Source: Pristiophorus japonicus
Taxonomy: Eukaryota
Reading direction: 5' to 3'
Assembly: GCF_044704955.1 (NCBI RefSeq)
Contig: NC_091999.1
Location: 10,664,001-10,728,000 of the forward strand
Length of the DNA stretch: 64,000 bases
Under the pieces are notes generated by a model. That model ran no database searches. It was given only the letters and a program-made list of their open reading frames with translations, and had not been told where the DNA came from. Position 1 is the stretch's first letter. Each line of letters starts with the position of its first letter. The translations under genes and the position numbers were made by a program. This document shows positions 1 to 12,017 of the stretch, piece by piece.

Positions 1-223
1 GCACCAGCGGCAGTGAGCGCATCATATGGTACAGGCAACTCGAGAAACATGCCCTGAAATGTATCATATCTGCTATCCAGGGCAACACCACTGACGGACG
101 ATTCAGACACTTCGTTGCCCCAACAATAAGTCACATCATTCTCGGTATGCACAGACCACGGTATCAGACGCTGGAGCAGTTAGGCACCGTGAGACAAAGA
201 CTGAGCGCTCCAGTACAATACCT
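1..223 (+). pseudogene. TCR alpha/delta V pseudogene (5' part outside window) with 23-RSS
   Basis: Frame from base 3 reads TSGSERIIWYRQLEKHALKCIISAIQGNTTDGRF, then frameshifts and lacks YYC. Heptamer CACCGTG 185-191, 23-bp spacer, nonamer ACAATACCT 215-223. Confidence 0.85.
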
Positions 224-737
224 CCTGCTGGTTTCTATTCGATAATGGCTACATCGCTGATCTCCTCTGCTGCTGGTTTTGACTGCTCTGTGAGCTACAT
301 TTCCACAGTCTCAAATCCTCCTGTAAGGAAAGTTTTAATCAGACTGCACTGAATGTGTTGACTCCTCTGTGTGGTACAGTGACACAGGCTACAATCTGCA
401 AGGTACGAGTGATATAGAGATTAACTTGGTTACAAATACCCAGCACCAGGAATGTTCCGTTAGGGAGTCACTCTCACAAAGTGTTGACGTTTACCTCAGT
501 GCCCTTCATAATGAGGAGACGTACTTGCTGGTCCTTCGACCACTGACTTGTCCGGATATCAACTGGAGATGAAAAATACACATTTCCAGTCAATCCAAGA
601 ACAGCAAATCCACGTGACAGAGACTTTAACAGGGAGGCGCTGACTTTACACAGCCGCCTGTTCATTGTCTTTACTCGGTTTGGGGTCTTGTGATGCGAGC
701 CGTGTGCCGCTTTCTTCTTGACATTGTAATTGCCAGG

Positions 738-1202
738 ATGTATTATTCGGTAGAAATGAATCTATTGCCCGTTATTCTGCTGCTGCTAACACGTAGGTAC
801 GGGAGTTGAGCTCAAAAACCCGCAGTGTGTTTTTAGTCAAGTTGCTCTAGTGTTTTATTATCTCAATGTTTTCACAGGTCGGTGTCTCAGACCAAGTGCT
901 GCAGTCTCCCGCTGTGGTAAGAGTCTGGATTGGTGATTTTCTGCAGACTAATTGCAGCTTTGACACTCCCAGCTTTTACGCCAAGCACTGGTACAAACAG
1001 AAATCCAGTCAGGCGATCGAGTGGGTATTAAGGCGGGTATTGGCTGGCAGGGAGAGCAGGGATCGATTTGAATTGGATCTTTATACTGCAAACAAACGCG
1101 GCCAATTGATCATTACAAGCACGGTGTGCTCGGATACCGCTCTGTATTACTGTGTGATAGACCCACACTGATAGAAATTGCTGCAGTCTCTGTACAAATA
1201 CC
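738..1202 (+). pseudogene. V segment with VH-like motifs; V exon open but out of frame with its leader
   Basis: Leader 738-792 (MYYSVEMNLLPVILLLLT, GTAGGT donor); acceptor TTCACAG ends 877; V reads QVLQSP..NCS..HWYKQKSSQAIEWV..DTALYYCVID. RSS CACACTG 1164-1170 / 23 / ACAAATACC 1194-1202. A 2-nt deletion relative to the 45.6 kb paralogue breaks the phase-1 splice frame. Confidence 0.8.
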
Positions 1203-2394
1203 TTCCTCTTGTTTCCAGTCCCGCAACAGCGGCAGCAGTCTCTCTAATGATGCAGGGCAGGCAAAGTGGGTCAGAGGGAGAGCAGCAGATGGAAGCTGTG
1301 GAAGGGACTGCCGAATGCAATGTGTCTGCAAAGGTTGTCTCTATAATTTCCATTTAACAGCGCGTTTCATCAGAGATAGTGACAGTCAAAATATAAAGTA
1401 TCTATAGGTGGAGCCAGTAACACAATGGGTGCAGTCTATGGTGTGAGGAATGTTTCAGCATTGCCTAATAGTTGGATGATACTCAACGGGCTGGAATCCC
1501 TCACAATGATTGTTTTTCATTTTGTGCCGGTTTTTGACGATGCATCGAGAACATTAGGTTCATTCTCCTGTAACATGCATGTTCACACTGACCTTTCCGC
1601 TCTGTGCAGTCGATTTGCTGTTTTCGATATTTCTAATGAAACAGTGAACGCATTCTAAAAGATTGTGACTGTGATTAGAAAAAACAAATTTCAGCGAACA
1701 TTTATACAGAGAGACCAGGGTAAACGTTCCCCCTGTGTGTCCCCAGCAGAAGGTTAGTGGAACCTGAACCCGCGTCAAGCATGCCAGTCTGATTGATGAC
1801 TGTGAGTGAAATAAACTGAACATCTACCTTTATATTCAAGCCGATATATTGCCAGTTCGAGATAATATCACAACGCCATCATCCGATTGTGTTAGTAATT
1901 TTTCACAGGGGAACATGACCACTTCTGCAAATGCCTGCTGAAACGGTTCTACCTCTGCCTGAAATTAACAGCAGGCGCTACTCTGCTGTGGTGATATCAA
2001 TGACATGGGATGAAATATGGTGGTTATTGACATGGGACAAACTCCTTATTCGGGTTTCACTACTGTTTCTAGGCCTGTGTCCTTCATTCAAGCTTTCAAT
2101 ATTAAACACATTTTTTCAAATGGCAGCTTTACAACACGACCAACTCCTTCCATCTTATTTGCTTTAATATTTTCACATCCACAAATAATTCTAAAGCGTG
2201 GTATGGAGAGATTGTGACGATGATTTGCAGACAATACAAGACGCGGGCTGGGGCGGGGGGTGGTGGGGGGGTATTGGTTGGGTGGGGGCCAGGCACGTCT
2301 TTGCTGAACTCCACTAACGTCAATACAGATATGAACAAAGTCCAAATGTTGAATGATTTAAAGGAATTAAAGTGTCAAATGAAGAAAATTGGAC

Positions 2395-2446
2395 CGCGCC
2401 ATGAGGGCGCAGCGAGATATATATGAGCACGGCGCCCTCTCGTGGA
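2395..2446. promoter_or_regulatory. Convergent pair of CTCF-like motifs
   Basis: CGCCATGAGGGCGCAG (+, about 2397-2412) and CCACGAGAGGGCGCC (-, 2431-2445) resemble the CCASYAGRKGGCRS consensus. Confidence 0.55.
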
Positions 2447-2513
2447 TATGATGAGAACTGTCACACTGTTTGGATACTGGGTGAAAACAGTAAGTGTGTC
2501 AATTTTGCAATTT

Positions 2514-5267
2514 AGAACATAAGAACATAAGAATTAGGAACAGGAGTAGGCCATCTAGCCCCTCGAGCCTGCACCGCCATTCAATAAGATCATGCCTGAT
2601 CCGTCTGTGGACTCTGCTCCACTAACCCGCCCTCTCCCCATAACCCTTACTTCCCCTGTTGGTTAAAAATCTCTCTATCTGTGACCTGAACACATTCAAT
2701 GAGCTAGCCTCAACTGCTTCCTTGGGCAGAGAATTCCACAGATTCACAACCCTCTGGGAGAAGAAATTTCTTCTCAACTCGGTTTTAAATTGGCTCCCCC
2801 GTATTTTGAGGCTGTGCCCCCTCGTTCTAGTCTCCCCTACCAATGGAAACAACCTCTCTGCCTCTATCTTGTCTATCCCTTTCATGATTTTAAATGTTTC
2901 TATAAGATCACCCCTCATCGTTCTGAATTCCAACGAGTAAAGTCCCAGTCTACTCAATCTATCATCATAAGGTAACCCCCTCATCTCCAGATTCAGCCGA
3001 GTGAATCGTCTCTGTGCCCCCTCAAAAGCCAGAATATCCTTCCTTAAGGTGACCAAAACTGCACGCAGTACTCCAGGTGCGGCCTTACCAATAACCTATA
3101 ATGTTGCAGCAAGACCTCCCTGCTTTTTTACTCCATCCCTCTCGCAATGAAGGCCAACATTCCATTTGCCTTCCTGATTACCTGCTGTACCTGCAAACTA
3201 ACCTTTTGGGATTCATGGACAAAGACCCCCAGGTCCCTCTGCACCTCAGCATGTTGTAATTTCTCCCCATTCGAATAATATTCCCCTTTACTGTTTTCTT
3301 TCCCAAGGTGGATGACCTGACACTTTCCAACATTGTATTCCATCTGCCAAACCTCAGCCCATTCGCTTAAACTATCGAAATCTCTTTGCAGCCTCTCTGA
3401 GTCCTCTACACAACCCGCTTTCCCACTAAGCTTTTTGTCATCTGCAAATTATGTTACACTACACTCTGTCCCCTCTTCTAGTTCATCTATGTATTTTGTA
3501 AACAGTTGTGGTCCCAGCACCTGTCCCTGTGACACACCACTAACCACCGATTTCCAACCCGAAAACGACCCATTTATCCCGACTCTCTGCTTTCTGTTCG
3601 CCAGCCAATTCTCTATCCATGCTAATACATTTCTTTTGACGCCGCGTACCTCTAGCTTCTGCAGTAACCTTTTGTGTGGCATCTTATCGAATGCCTTTTG
3701 GAAATCTAAATACACCACATCCATCGGTACACTCTATCCACCATGCTCGTTATATCCACAAATAATTCCAATAAATTCGTTAAAGATGATTTCCCCTTCA
3801 TGAATCCATGCTGCGTCTGCTTGATTGCACTATTCCTATCGAGAGGTCCCGCTATTTCTTCCATAATGATAGTTTCAGGCATTTACCCCACTACAGATGT
3901 TAAACTAACTGGGCTATAGTTACCTGCCTTTTGTCTGCCCCCTTTTTTAAACCGAGGCATTACATTTGCTGCTTTCCAATCCGCTGGTACCTCCCCAGAG
4001 TCCAGAGAATTTTGGTAGATTATAACGAATGCATCTGCTATAACTTCTGCCATCGCTTTTAATACCCTGGGATGCATTTCATCAGGACTAGGGGACTTGT
4101 CTACCTTGAGTCCCATTAGCCTGTCCAGCACTACCCCCCTAGTGATAGTGATTGTCTCAAGATCCTCCCCGCCCACATTCCTGTGAACAGCAATTTTTGG
4201 CATGGTTCTTGTGTCTTCGACTGTGAAGACCGAAGCAAAATAATTGTTTAAGGTCTCAGCCATTTCCACATTTCCCATTATTAAATCCCCCTTCTCATCT
4301 TCTAAGGGACCAACATTGACTTTAGTCACTCTTTTCCTTTTTATATATCTGTAAAAGCTTTTACTATCTGTTTTATTTTTTGCGCAAGTTTACCTTCGTA
4401 ATCTGTCTTTCCTTTCTTTATGCTTTTTTAGTCATTCTTTGCTGTTGCTTAAAATTTTCCCAATCCTCTAGTTTCCCACTAATCTTGGCCACCTTATACG
4501 CATTGGTCTTTGATTGGATACTCTTCTTTATTTCCTTGGTTATCCATGGCTGGTTATCCCTTCTCTTGTCGCCCTTCTTTTTCACTGGAATATATTTTTG
4601 TTGCGCAATATGAAAGAGCTCCTTCAAAGTCCTCCACTGTTCCTCAATTGTGCTACCGTTTAATCCTTGTTTATAGTCTACTTTAGCCAACTCTGACCTC
4701 ATCCCGCTGTAGTCCCCTTTGGTTAAGCATAGTACGCTCGTTTCTGACACAACTTCATCACCCTCAATCTGTATTACAAATTCAACCATATTGTGATCAC
4801 TCATTCCGAGAGGATTTTTTACTAGGAGACCATTGATTTTTCCTGTCTCATTAAACAGGACCAGATCTGAGATGGCTTGCTCCCTTGTAGGTTCTGTTAC
4901 ATACTGTTCTAAGAAACATTCCCGTATGTATCCAATGAATTCCTCCTCCAGGCTACACTGTGCTATTTGATTTGACCAATCGATATGTAGGTTAAAATCC
5001 CCCATGACTACTGCCGTTCCTTTTTCACATACCTCCATTATTCCTTGATTATTGCCCGCCCCACCGTGAAGTTATTATTTGGGGGCCTTTAAACTATGCC
5101 GACCAGTGACTTTTTGCCCTTACTATCTCGAATCTCCACCCACAATGATGCAACATTTTTCTCATTGGAGCCAATATCGTCCGTCACAACTGCCTTGATA
5201 TTATCCTTTATTAACAGAGCTACCCCACCTCCTTCCCCTTCTTGTCTATCTTTCCGAATCGTCAGAT
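2514..5267 (-). mobile_element. CR1-clade LINE, 5'-truncated (ORF2 endonuclease + RT), disrupted
   Basis: ORFs with MGDFN, SDHN, YLDFQKAFDK, RTRGHSLKI; 3' tail (TTCTTATG)n at about 2514-2533. Confidence 0.95.
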
Positions 5268-6279
5268 TTGCAACGCCCATTTTTGGGGAGATGTGTAGCG
5301 CTGATGGTGATGGTGAATGTCAAGCCTTGTACATCAACAATTATGTGGACAGAAATATTAATCAAACGAAATGGAGCTTGGAAATTCAAAGTTTCCACTG
5401 GAAAATTTGATCCATTCTGATCTGCACGATAAACAACAACCCCAAACCCGAATTCACTACAATTGTCATCCATTTCCTTTCAGTTCAACTTGTGCCGAAT
5501 GCATGTGATCTTTGAGCACAAGCTCTGGAGAGTCAGTATGTTTTTCCTCTCGCATTTTCCGATTCTAGCACAAATTAGGTATATGCCAGCCCTGCCACAA
5601 CAAGCCTCAAACCCTTCCCCGTATTCTCAAGTCCTTCCCATCCAAAACCAAAAGTTGCCTTTACTCATTTTATGGTCTCTATTTGAACGGGGGAGAAATA
5701 CCAGCGTTAAGCCAACTGATCTTCACAGTAAACATAAGACACAGTCGAAATCCATCCTTTCTATCCCCACTCCATTCCAAAAGCACTCCCAGAGCGTGAA
5801 TTGTCTGTGTCTGAAAAACTTACCCACCCAGTCACTCATCAGATGTAGCAGAGACTTTCATCCCCCTCTGCCTGCGCTAAATTAGAACCCTGATCCCAGA
5901 GAATGAAAGGTCAATATCTGACCCACCAGTACTGCACGAAGTTAACTGTAACCTTAACTGCTTTTGCTCAGGAGGATAAATGAGTAATGTCAGTACGAAT
6001 AAAGCGTTAGCACTTGCATTGCGCTCTGACCTTCAGTGAAGATATAAAATATATGTGGCATCATACCGCATAGATAAGTACAAAATCGATTGCACGTTAG
6101 AATAACGCAGAATAATTCGATTTTCCAGTAATTATCTTGATCCATCGTGCGCTGAAATCAGGAAAACACAAAGAATTAAATTTAAACTTTCACTTTCTTG
6201 GTTTTTGTAAGTGTTTTTTGCAGAAAAGTATTATTCGTTAAAACATATTTCTTCTCTCTAATTTTCCGTCTCTTTTGTA

Positions 6280-6541
6280 TTGTTAGTTATGGGCGGCGAG
6301 GCTGTGATCCATCAACCGCAGCAGATAGTTGCACGAGGGAGAATCGATTGACATCCAATGCAATGCGAGCAACAGCGGCTCTGATGGCAACGCCACTGAC
6401 GGACGATTCAAACTCTTCATTGACACAACAAGGAGTTCCAACATTTTCGGTATGGACAGCACCGTGGTCTCAGACGATGGAGTGTATTACTGAGCATTGA
6501 GGCACCGTGAAACTATAGCTGGGGGCTCCAGTACATTATCT
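6280..6541 (+). pseudogene. TCR V pseudogene (same family as 1-223), internal deletion
   Basis: EAVIHQPQQIVA start, WYRQ region deleted, YYC changed to TAT TAC TGA. RSS CACCGTG 6503-6509 / 23 / ACATTATCT 6533-6541. Confidence 0.85.
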
Positions 6542-7294
6542 CCTGCAGGTTCCTATCAGACAATCTTAATAACCTTTCTCCGCTTCCCAGAATGTGTTGA
6601 CAGCTTTGTGGTGTACAGTTCCATTCATCCGAGAAGGAAAGGACTGACCAGATTTTCCTTCAAGATGTTGATTATTTTGTGCTGTACATTTCCACAGGCT
6701 CTATTCATATTGCAAAGGGATGGTTACTCAGACTGACCTGAATCCTGTTACTTTTATTTTGCTACTGATTTCTGATCATGTTGTAATTCATTAAATTCAC
6801 ATAATTGATGGCTTTTATCGAATTTACCACATCCTTGTGTTCAAATCCCTCAAGACCCGCTGGCTTTCTATATCCCCTTATCTATTGCTTGTCAGTATTT
6901 CTCACAGTAAGTGAGCAGATGTTTTAATGGAAGACACCTGGAATGATAAAAAAGTAAATTATTTATCTCCCTTCACTGCTACTCCCTCACCTGCTAAAGT
7001 GCCAACATTGAGTTTAATTACCATCCAGTTCCATGTTGTGAGGAGAACAACTTCACTCCGTTCCGCGATGCTCGATGTGATGTATTGCGTTGGAGAAGAA
7101 AGGACCTGGGAGCTGATTCGTTGAATTCGAAAGCAAAGGACACGTGAGCTCATTGGATATCACCTGCTGACTCTGCCAGAAATGAACCAATCAGCAAAGA
7201 CACCGGAAATGAATCAACATCTTCGTAACTCTTGACGAAAATAATTTCAGGTTCAACCCGTTCTGTTCAAATCTGCTATGTACTATCTGTAAAC

Positions 7295-7850
7295 ATGTTT
7301 GGTGTGACTTTTTACTCAGCCGTCACAGCTGCAGCTCTCTTAACTGGTAAAATTTAAAGCAACAGAATCTTCCTCTTCCAGGTGTCAGTGACAACCTTTT
7401 AACTGTGTTTTATCATTATTTGCAATGTATTTCGTCGCATGTTAGTTTAGTTACAATTAAATTATGATAATTAGTTAAAATTTTGTATTTATACATGTCT
7501 GCAGGGGGTAGTGGTGCAGACTCCGTCTCACAGCCGCCGGTTAGAGCGATGCAGTTTGAAGGAGATTCGGTGACAATTATTTATAGCTATTCTACCAATG
7601 CTGGTTCGAATTCCATACAACTGTACCGTCAGGACCGGGACAAAGGTCCCCAAATCCTAATCTGCAGTCCTTCCTATGGGGATGTTGTCAGAGCAGTGGG
7701 CACTGGGGCTCGATTTTCTGTATCTCTGGACAGATCGAAAAGTGAGGGGAACTTCACCATCGGCGGCCTGCGGCTGACTGATAGTGCGCTGTATTACTGC
7801 ACGCTGAAAGACACAGTGATAGGCACCAGAGGGTGCCTCGTGCAACAACC
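7295..7850 (+). CDS. TCR alpha/delta V ORF, non-canonical (no Cys23, no Trp41)
   Basis: Leader 7295-7346 MFGVTFYSAVTAAALLT splices in frame to exon 7505-7811 GGSGADSVSQPP..VTIIYSY..IQLYRQ..LTDSALYYCTLK. RSS CACAGTG 7812-7818 / 23 / GCAACAACC 7842-7850. Confidence 0.8.
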
Positions 7851-8279
7851 GTGCTGCAATCTGACATGGACAATGGAATAGTGGGCAAAGTGGGGAGATT
7901 GGGGGGATGTCAGAATTATCGCAGGAGAGTGTCGATGTAAACCAAACAAATAATTAGCTACCCATCTAACAATACAGAACTGCCATGAAGTTTATTATTT
8001 TAATCATAATAATCTTGCAGTTAATATCATAATAAATTGTCTGATTACACAATGCTTCCAATCTCTGTTCATGTCATTGACACATCAACTTTCAATCTTA
8101 GTGAAATGTATATAAAGCAAGATCTCAGTCAGTGTCAGAATCGCACTCAGATCTGCCACTCCAGTCGGCAGGAGATGAAATAAACAGAGGGGAATATTCC
8201 GTAACGATTTAAGAGACTACAGATGCGTCAAAAATCTTCAGAACAACGAGGTCTCTCCTGAAATGTGACCCCGTGAGAC

Positions 8280-8607
8280 TCAGTTTCCAACCTTAGCGGA
8301 TGGCCAGGGTGCTGATTGTACCAGAACGTATAATCTGCAGCACCACTGCTGGTTTTTAAGCTACAGATTAGTATGACATTACTTTCCTTTTCAACCATCA
8401 TTTCAGGAACGTGCTGTTGCACTTTGTATTGGTGGCTGCATACTGACATAAAATAATAGTAGTAGTAATCATCCTCATCATCATCACTTGACCAATAATA
8501 ACATCTGGGTTACAGCATTGAAGGGGAGACTGGAGTTTTAGCGGAAAATCTATAGTTACTGAGATGTGATTATAAATGAAGAGAAGAGTGCGAGACGGTT
8601 CCACATG
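8280..8607 (-). pseudogene. 3'-truncated V pseudogene (family B, as 41.2 kb)
   Basis: Leader ATGTGGAACCGT..; exon KVQQHVPEMMVEKESNVILICSLKTSS..FWYNQHPG then diverges; no RSS. Confidence 0.85.
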
Positions 8608-9112
8608 ATGATCATTGAGTCTGTAACTGCACAGTCCGGGAAATCCTCTGTCCGAGCAGATATATAGACAGGGCCGTACTGCACACCTGATCCAAACAAA
8701 GCCAAACAGGGAACAGTGGAAGCAATCTCTCCAATAGCACAGGCCTACAAAAGAGTGTCAGAAGGAGAGCAACAAATGGATTCTTGCGTGCAGCTGCCAC
8801 AGATAAAAAACTGAGTGAATTCAAGGCTTTGATTATCCACACAAACTGCGTGGCGCCACTCAGCTGCACTCGGAGTGCATGGGGCGGAAAGGGCGATGGT
8901 TGGCTCTGGAGGTCTGTGGTCTAACTGCTTCTGCTTACTGAGCAAGTGACAGGGAATAAAGAGAGTTGGGGGAAAGGAAGTACATTGTACAGCTTCAGCA
9001 ATAATGAGCAGCTTCAGTCTGTTCTAATTTGAAACACAATATCTGGCACATGTGTTTTATATATAATCAACAAACCCAAAATCCCCACAATGAGATTATT
9101 CTGAATAAATTA

Positions 9113-9205
9113 CGCCAACAGAAGGCGCCAATATCAAATATGGTCATTAGAGAGTCACGTGATGTAAACAACAATGGCAACAGCGATCCAATCTGAGTGA
9201 TGTCA
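9113..9205 (+). promoter_or_regulatory. V promoter: CTCF-like site, E-box, TCR decamer/CRE
   Basis: GCCAACAGAAGGCGCC at about 9114-9129; GTCACGTGA at about 9154; AGTGATGTCA 9196-9205 matches the TCR-V decamer AGTGAYRTCA, about 110 bp upstream of the ATG at 9314. Confidence 0.55.
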
Positions 9206-9313
9206 TAATGGGGTTGCCCGTGCAGTGCGCAGGTTGAACATTGGAACAGGCCCTGCCCGATTTACTTTTCACCTTCTCAATCTCTGCCTCGTTCAATTCA
9301 AAGTAAATGCGAC

Positions 9314-9862
9314 ATGTTGCTAATAATCCTGGTGAGTGTGTTGGACCGTAGGTATCGAATTATATTAAACAACATAGGTTAACAGATTGATGGAAAAAGC
9401 TTGTGCAGGGTCTCGGTGCAATTAGTAATCATAAATATTAACATGATGGTCAGCTGTGTAGATGGGAGAATAAACACACTGACTCAGATAGGCGCAAGTT
9501 TAGATCACTGCTGGTGAACTTCATGTTCTTTTACTGCCCAATCTTCAAAGACGGATTTTGTACAGATCCAGTACTTCAGACAATTCTCGTGTTAGCAGGG
9601 GCTTCGGTGAGGTTAGATTGTGAACGTATAACCCCGGATATTTACTACATGGAATTGTATTGGCAGATTCCGGAACAGCCTGGAAGCTGAATAATTAGCA
9701 AAGTAGCTGCTCTGAAGGGTGTTGAAGTCGCTGGTGAATGCTAACATCTCCAGAAAGTATGGTTAACTCAAGATGAGTGGTCTGAGTTGGGTGGACGGGG
9801 CGGCCCATTACTGTGCCGTGCGGCACTGCTTCTGATTAAAGCAAAGTCTTTGTACAAAAACC
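9314..9862 (+). pseudogene. TCR V pseudogene
   Basis: Leader ATGTTGCTAATAATC..; frameshifted exon ending CATTACTGTGCCGTGCGG. RSS CACTGCT 9824-9830 / 23 / ACAAAAACC 9854-9862. Confidence 0.8.
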
Positions 9863-9939
9863 TCAGCGAGTTTTAGCAGCTCCATTAATTCATCATTGTT
9901 GCGTTTACCTGTGGATTTAATTTGATCCCAAAGTCACGG

Positions 9940-10312
9940 AGACGAAGACTGTCAGGTTGCTCGATCATAGAGTTGTTCTCGTGTCCTTCTCTTTGTCCAA
10001 ATTAGCAGAAAAGCGATGTTGGAAATCTGGAGAATTTTCTCGATGCTTACCAGCGATATCGAAGTACCAATAGAGAGAGGAAAACGATCGGATCTCGAGA
10101 AATTGCAGTTCAGTATAGGTCTAATCTTCCAGAACCGTTAATTCAGGCAAATCAAGGGCCACGAGGTCTGCGCTACTCGTTCCTGAATCAAAATATAGAA
10201 TGTCTTAAAAGTCTGGGACTAAATATAATGGATGAAGCACATGCTGATCCTTTTATCAAAATTCATCGGGCAGGACGACCATTACCAACAGTAATTAACA
10301 TGGGGAACACAT
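9940..10312 (-). pseudogene. Degraded V pseudogene (family A, as 12 and 49 kb)
   Basis: Leader ATGTGTTCCCCATG..CTGCCC and exon CAGGAACGAGT..CCTGAATTAACGGTT..CTGAACTGC homologous to 12.3 and 49.5 kb; many lesions, no clear RSS. Confidence 0.7.
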
Positions 10313-10789
10313 GGCGTCCGGTTTAGTGTTCGACAGAATAAAGCAACATGGTGATGCTATGTTGATCCTTCTCGTTTGGTATTAAAGGGTACTCTGAGAA
10401 CAGGGGCAGGCATCACGTAATTGCAGACTGAGGGGCGCTTTCCAGGGACAGTGTTATAAATCACCCAGCACTCTGATAACCGCAGAGGTTATGAGCGATT
10501 AGCCCCGCCCCAACCCCGACCGCCATCTTGGGCCGGGCAGGTTTCTCGACGGTCTCTGCTAATCTTTGCGGCACAGTTTCACCGGACGACATGGGCTCTA
10601 TTCTATCTTCACCAACAACCCTTTTAAATAAAATTATATTTCCGATTCCCTAAGTTGCATTGAAAAAATAAGCAACTTTTCGATAGGAATATCTAACCGA
10701 TGGTGAGGGAGTATCCCGCGCAATTGTGCTGCTGGTAAATGGGATCTAATGAATTAATTGACTAACAGAATATTAACTCCGCCCCTACT

Positions 10790-11100
10790 TCAGCTCATAG
10801 TCGGGTGAAACCCTCATCCATGCCTTTGATACCTCTAAGCTCGACTATTCCATGCTCCACTGACCGGCCTCACAACGTGCACCCACGGAAAACATTAGCT
10901 CATCCAAAGCTCTGCTGCCTGTATACGAACTCGTGCCAAGTTCTGTTGACCCATCACGTCCGTGCTCGCTGACCTACATTGGCTCCCATTCCGACAACGC
11001 CTCGTGTTTAAAATGTACCTTCTTTTTCGAAAATCTTCACATTGTCTCGCTCATCTCTGTCTCTGGGCTCACTCCAGTCCGACAACCCTCAAACTCTTTG
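10790..11100 (+). mobile_element. L2-clade LINE ORF2 fragment
   Basis: Encodes an ETLIHAF.TSKLDYS-like motif typical of the L2 RT C-terminus. Confidence 0.7.
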
Positions 11101-12017
11101 TACTGTGGAAGAGAGAAAAAAGATGAAATATGTTTGGTCTACAATTACCTATCAGAAAATCTCCACATAAGCCCGATGCTGAGTAGCCAAATTGACGTTA
11201 TATACTCTCTAAAAGGGGGCTTGGATGCTTGGAGACATACGTTCTAATCCCCACCCACAATAATCATCTGTCATGTCTCAGGATGCTCTCACCGCACTTC
11301 CTTGTTTCCTCAGTCGTGCTGTGAGACCGATAGGTAAGGAGCTGCCTACCAGTGAATGGAAACACGCTCAACTGAGCCACAGTCAGTGTCCTAAGAAGGC
11401 AATGGTTAAAATGTTTGAGACAGGGAGTGGGAATGAGCCCCTTGTCTCTTTGTTGCAAACCGGAAGCTGTGGAGAGCCCCTTGTCTGTTTGTTGCCAACC
11501 GGAAGCTGCGGGATTGTTATTGATGACAGAAAACATTCCAGAATTAAGGAGACTTTCTGAAGGGCGGTGGAGATTGGAGGAACTCTGTGCTTGGGGCTTG
11601 TTTGCAAGAGCGCAGTTATGACCTTGTGATATCTGATGATTTTGTATAAACAGACTGCGACTCAGTAACATACTCTGATCAGATAAAGTCTGTGTACAGG
11701 CCACGATCACTGGGTCCTGGAAACTAACAGAGGGGATGTTGAAACAGATGCACAATGCTGGAGACAGGTACCGAAAGAGCATCAAAGGATAAAGTGTAAA
11801 AACAGAAGTGGATTATAAGCTGATTTTTAGTATGAATACGAGTTTAAATCACTGAATAAAATTTTACAAGTGGACCTCACCTCTTCCTGTTCAGCGTTGT
11901 GCTTTGTCACTCTTTTAAGAAGGTCCCTGTGACTCTCACTGTGGAAGTTAAATTTTCGCTTCTGTTTATCCGTGTGAGGGCGCCCTCTGTTGAGCACTGA
12001 TTGGAATTCTTAGTATG

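Noticed and set aside
5268-5500. Minus-strand ORF NCS..VYR..FTITISATHLP resembling an ancient V cut by the CR1
   Set aside because: No Trp41, YxC or convincing RSS on either side of the insertion.
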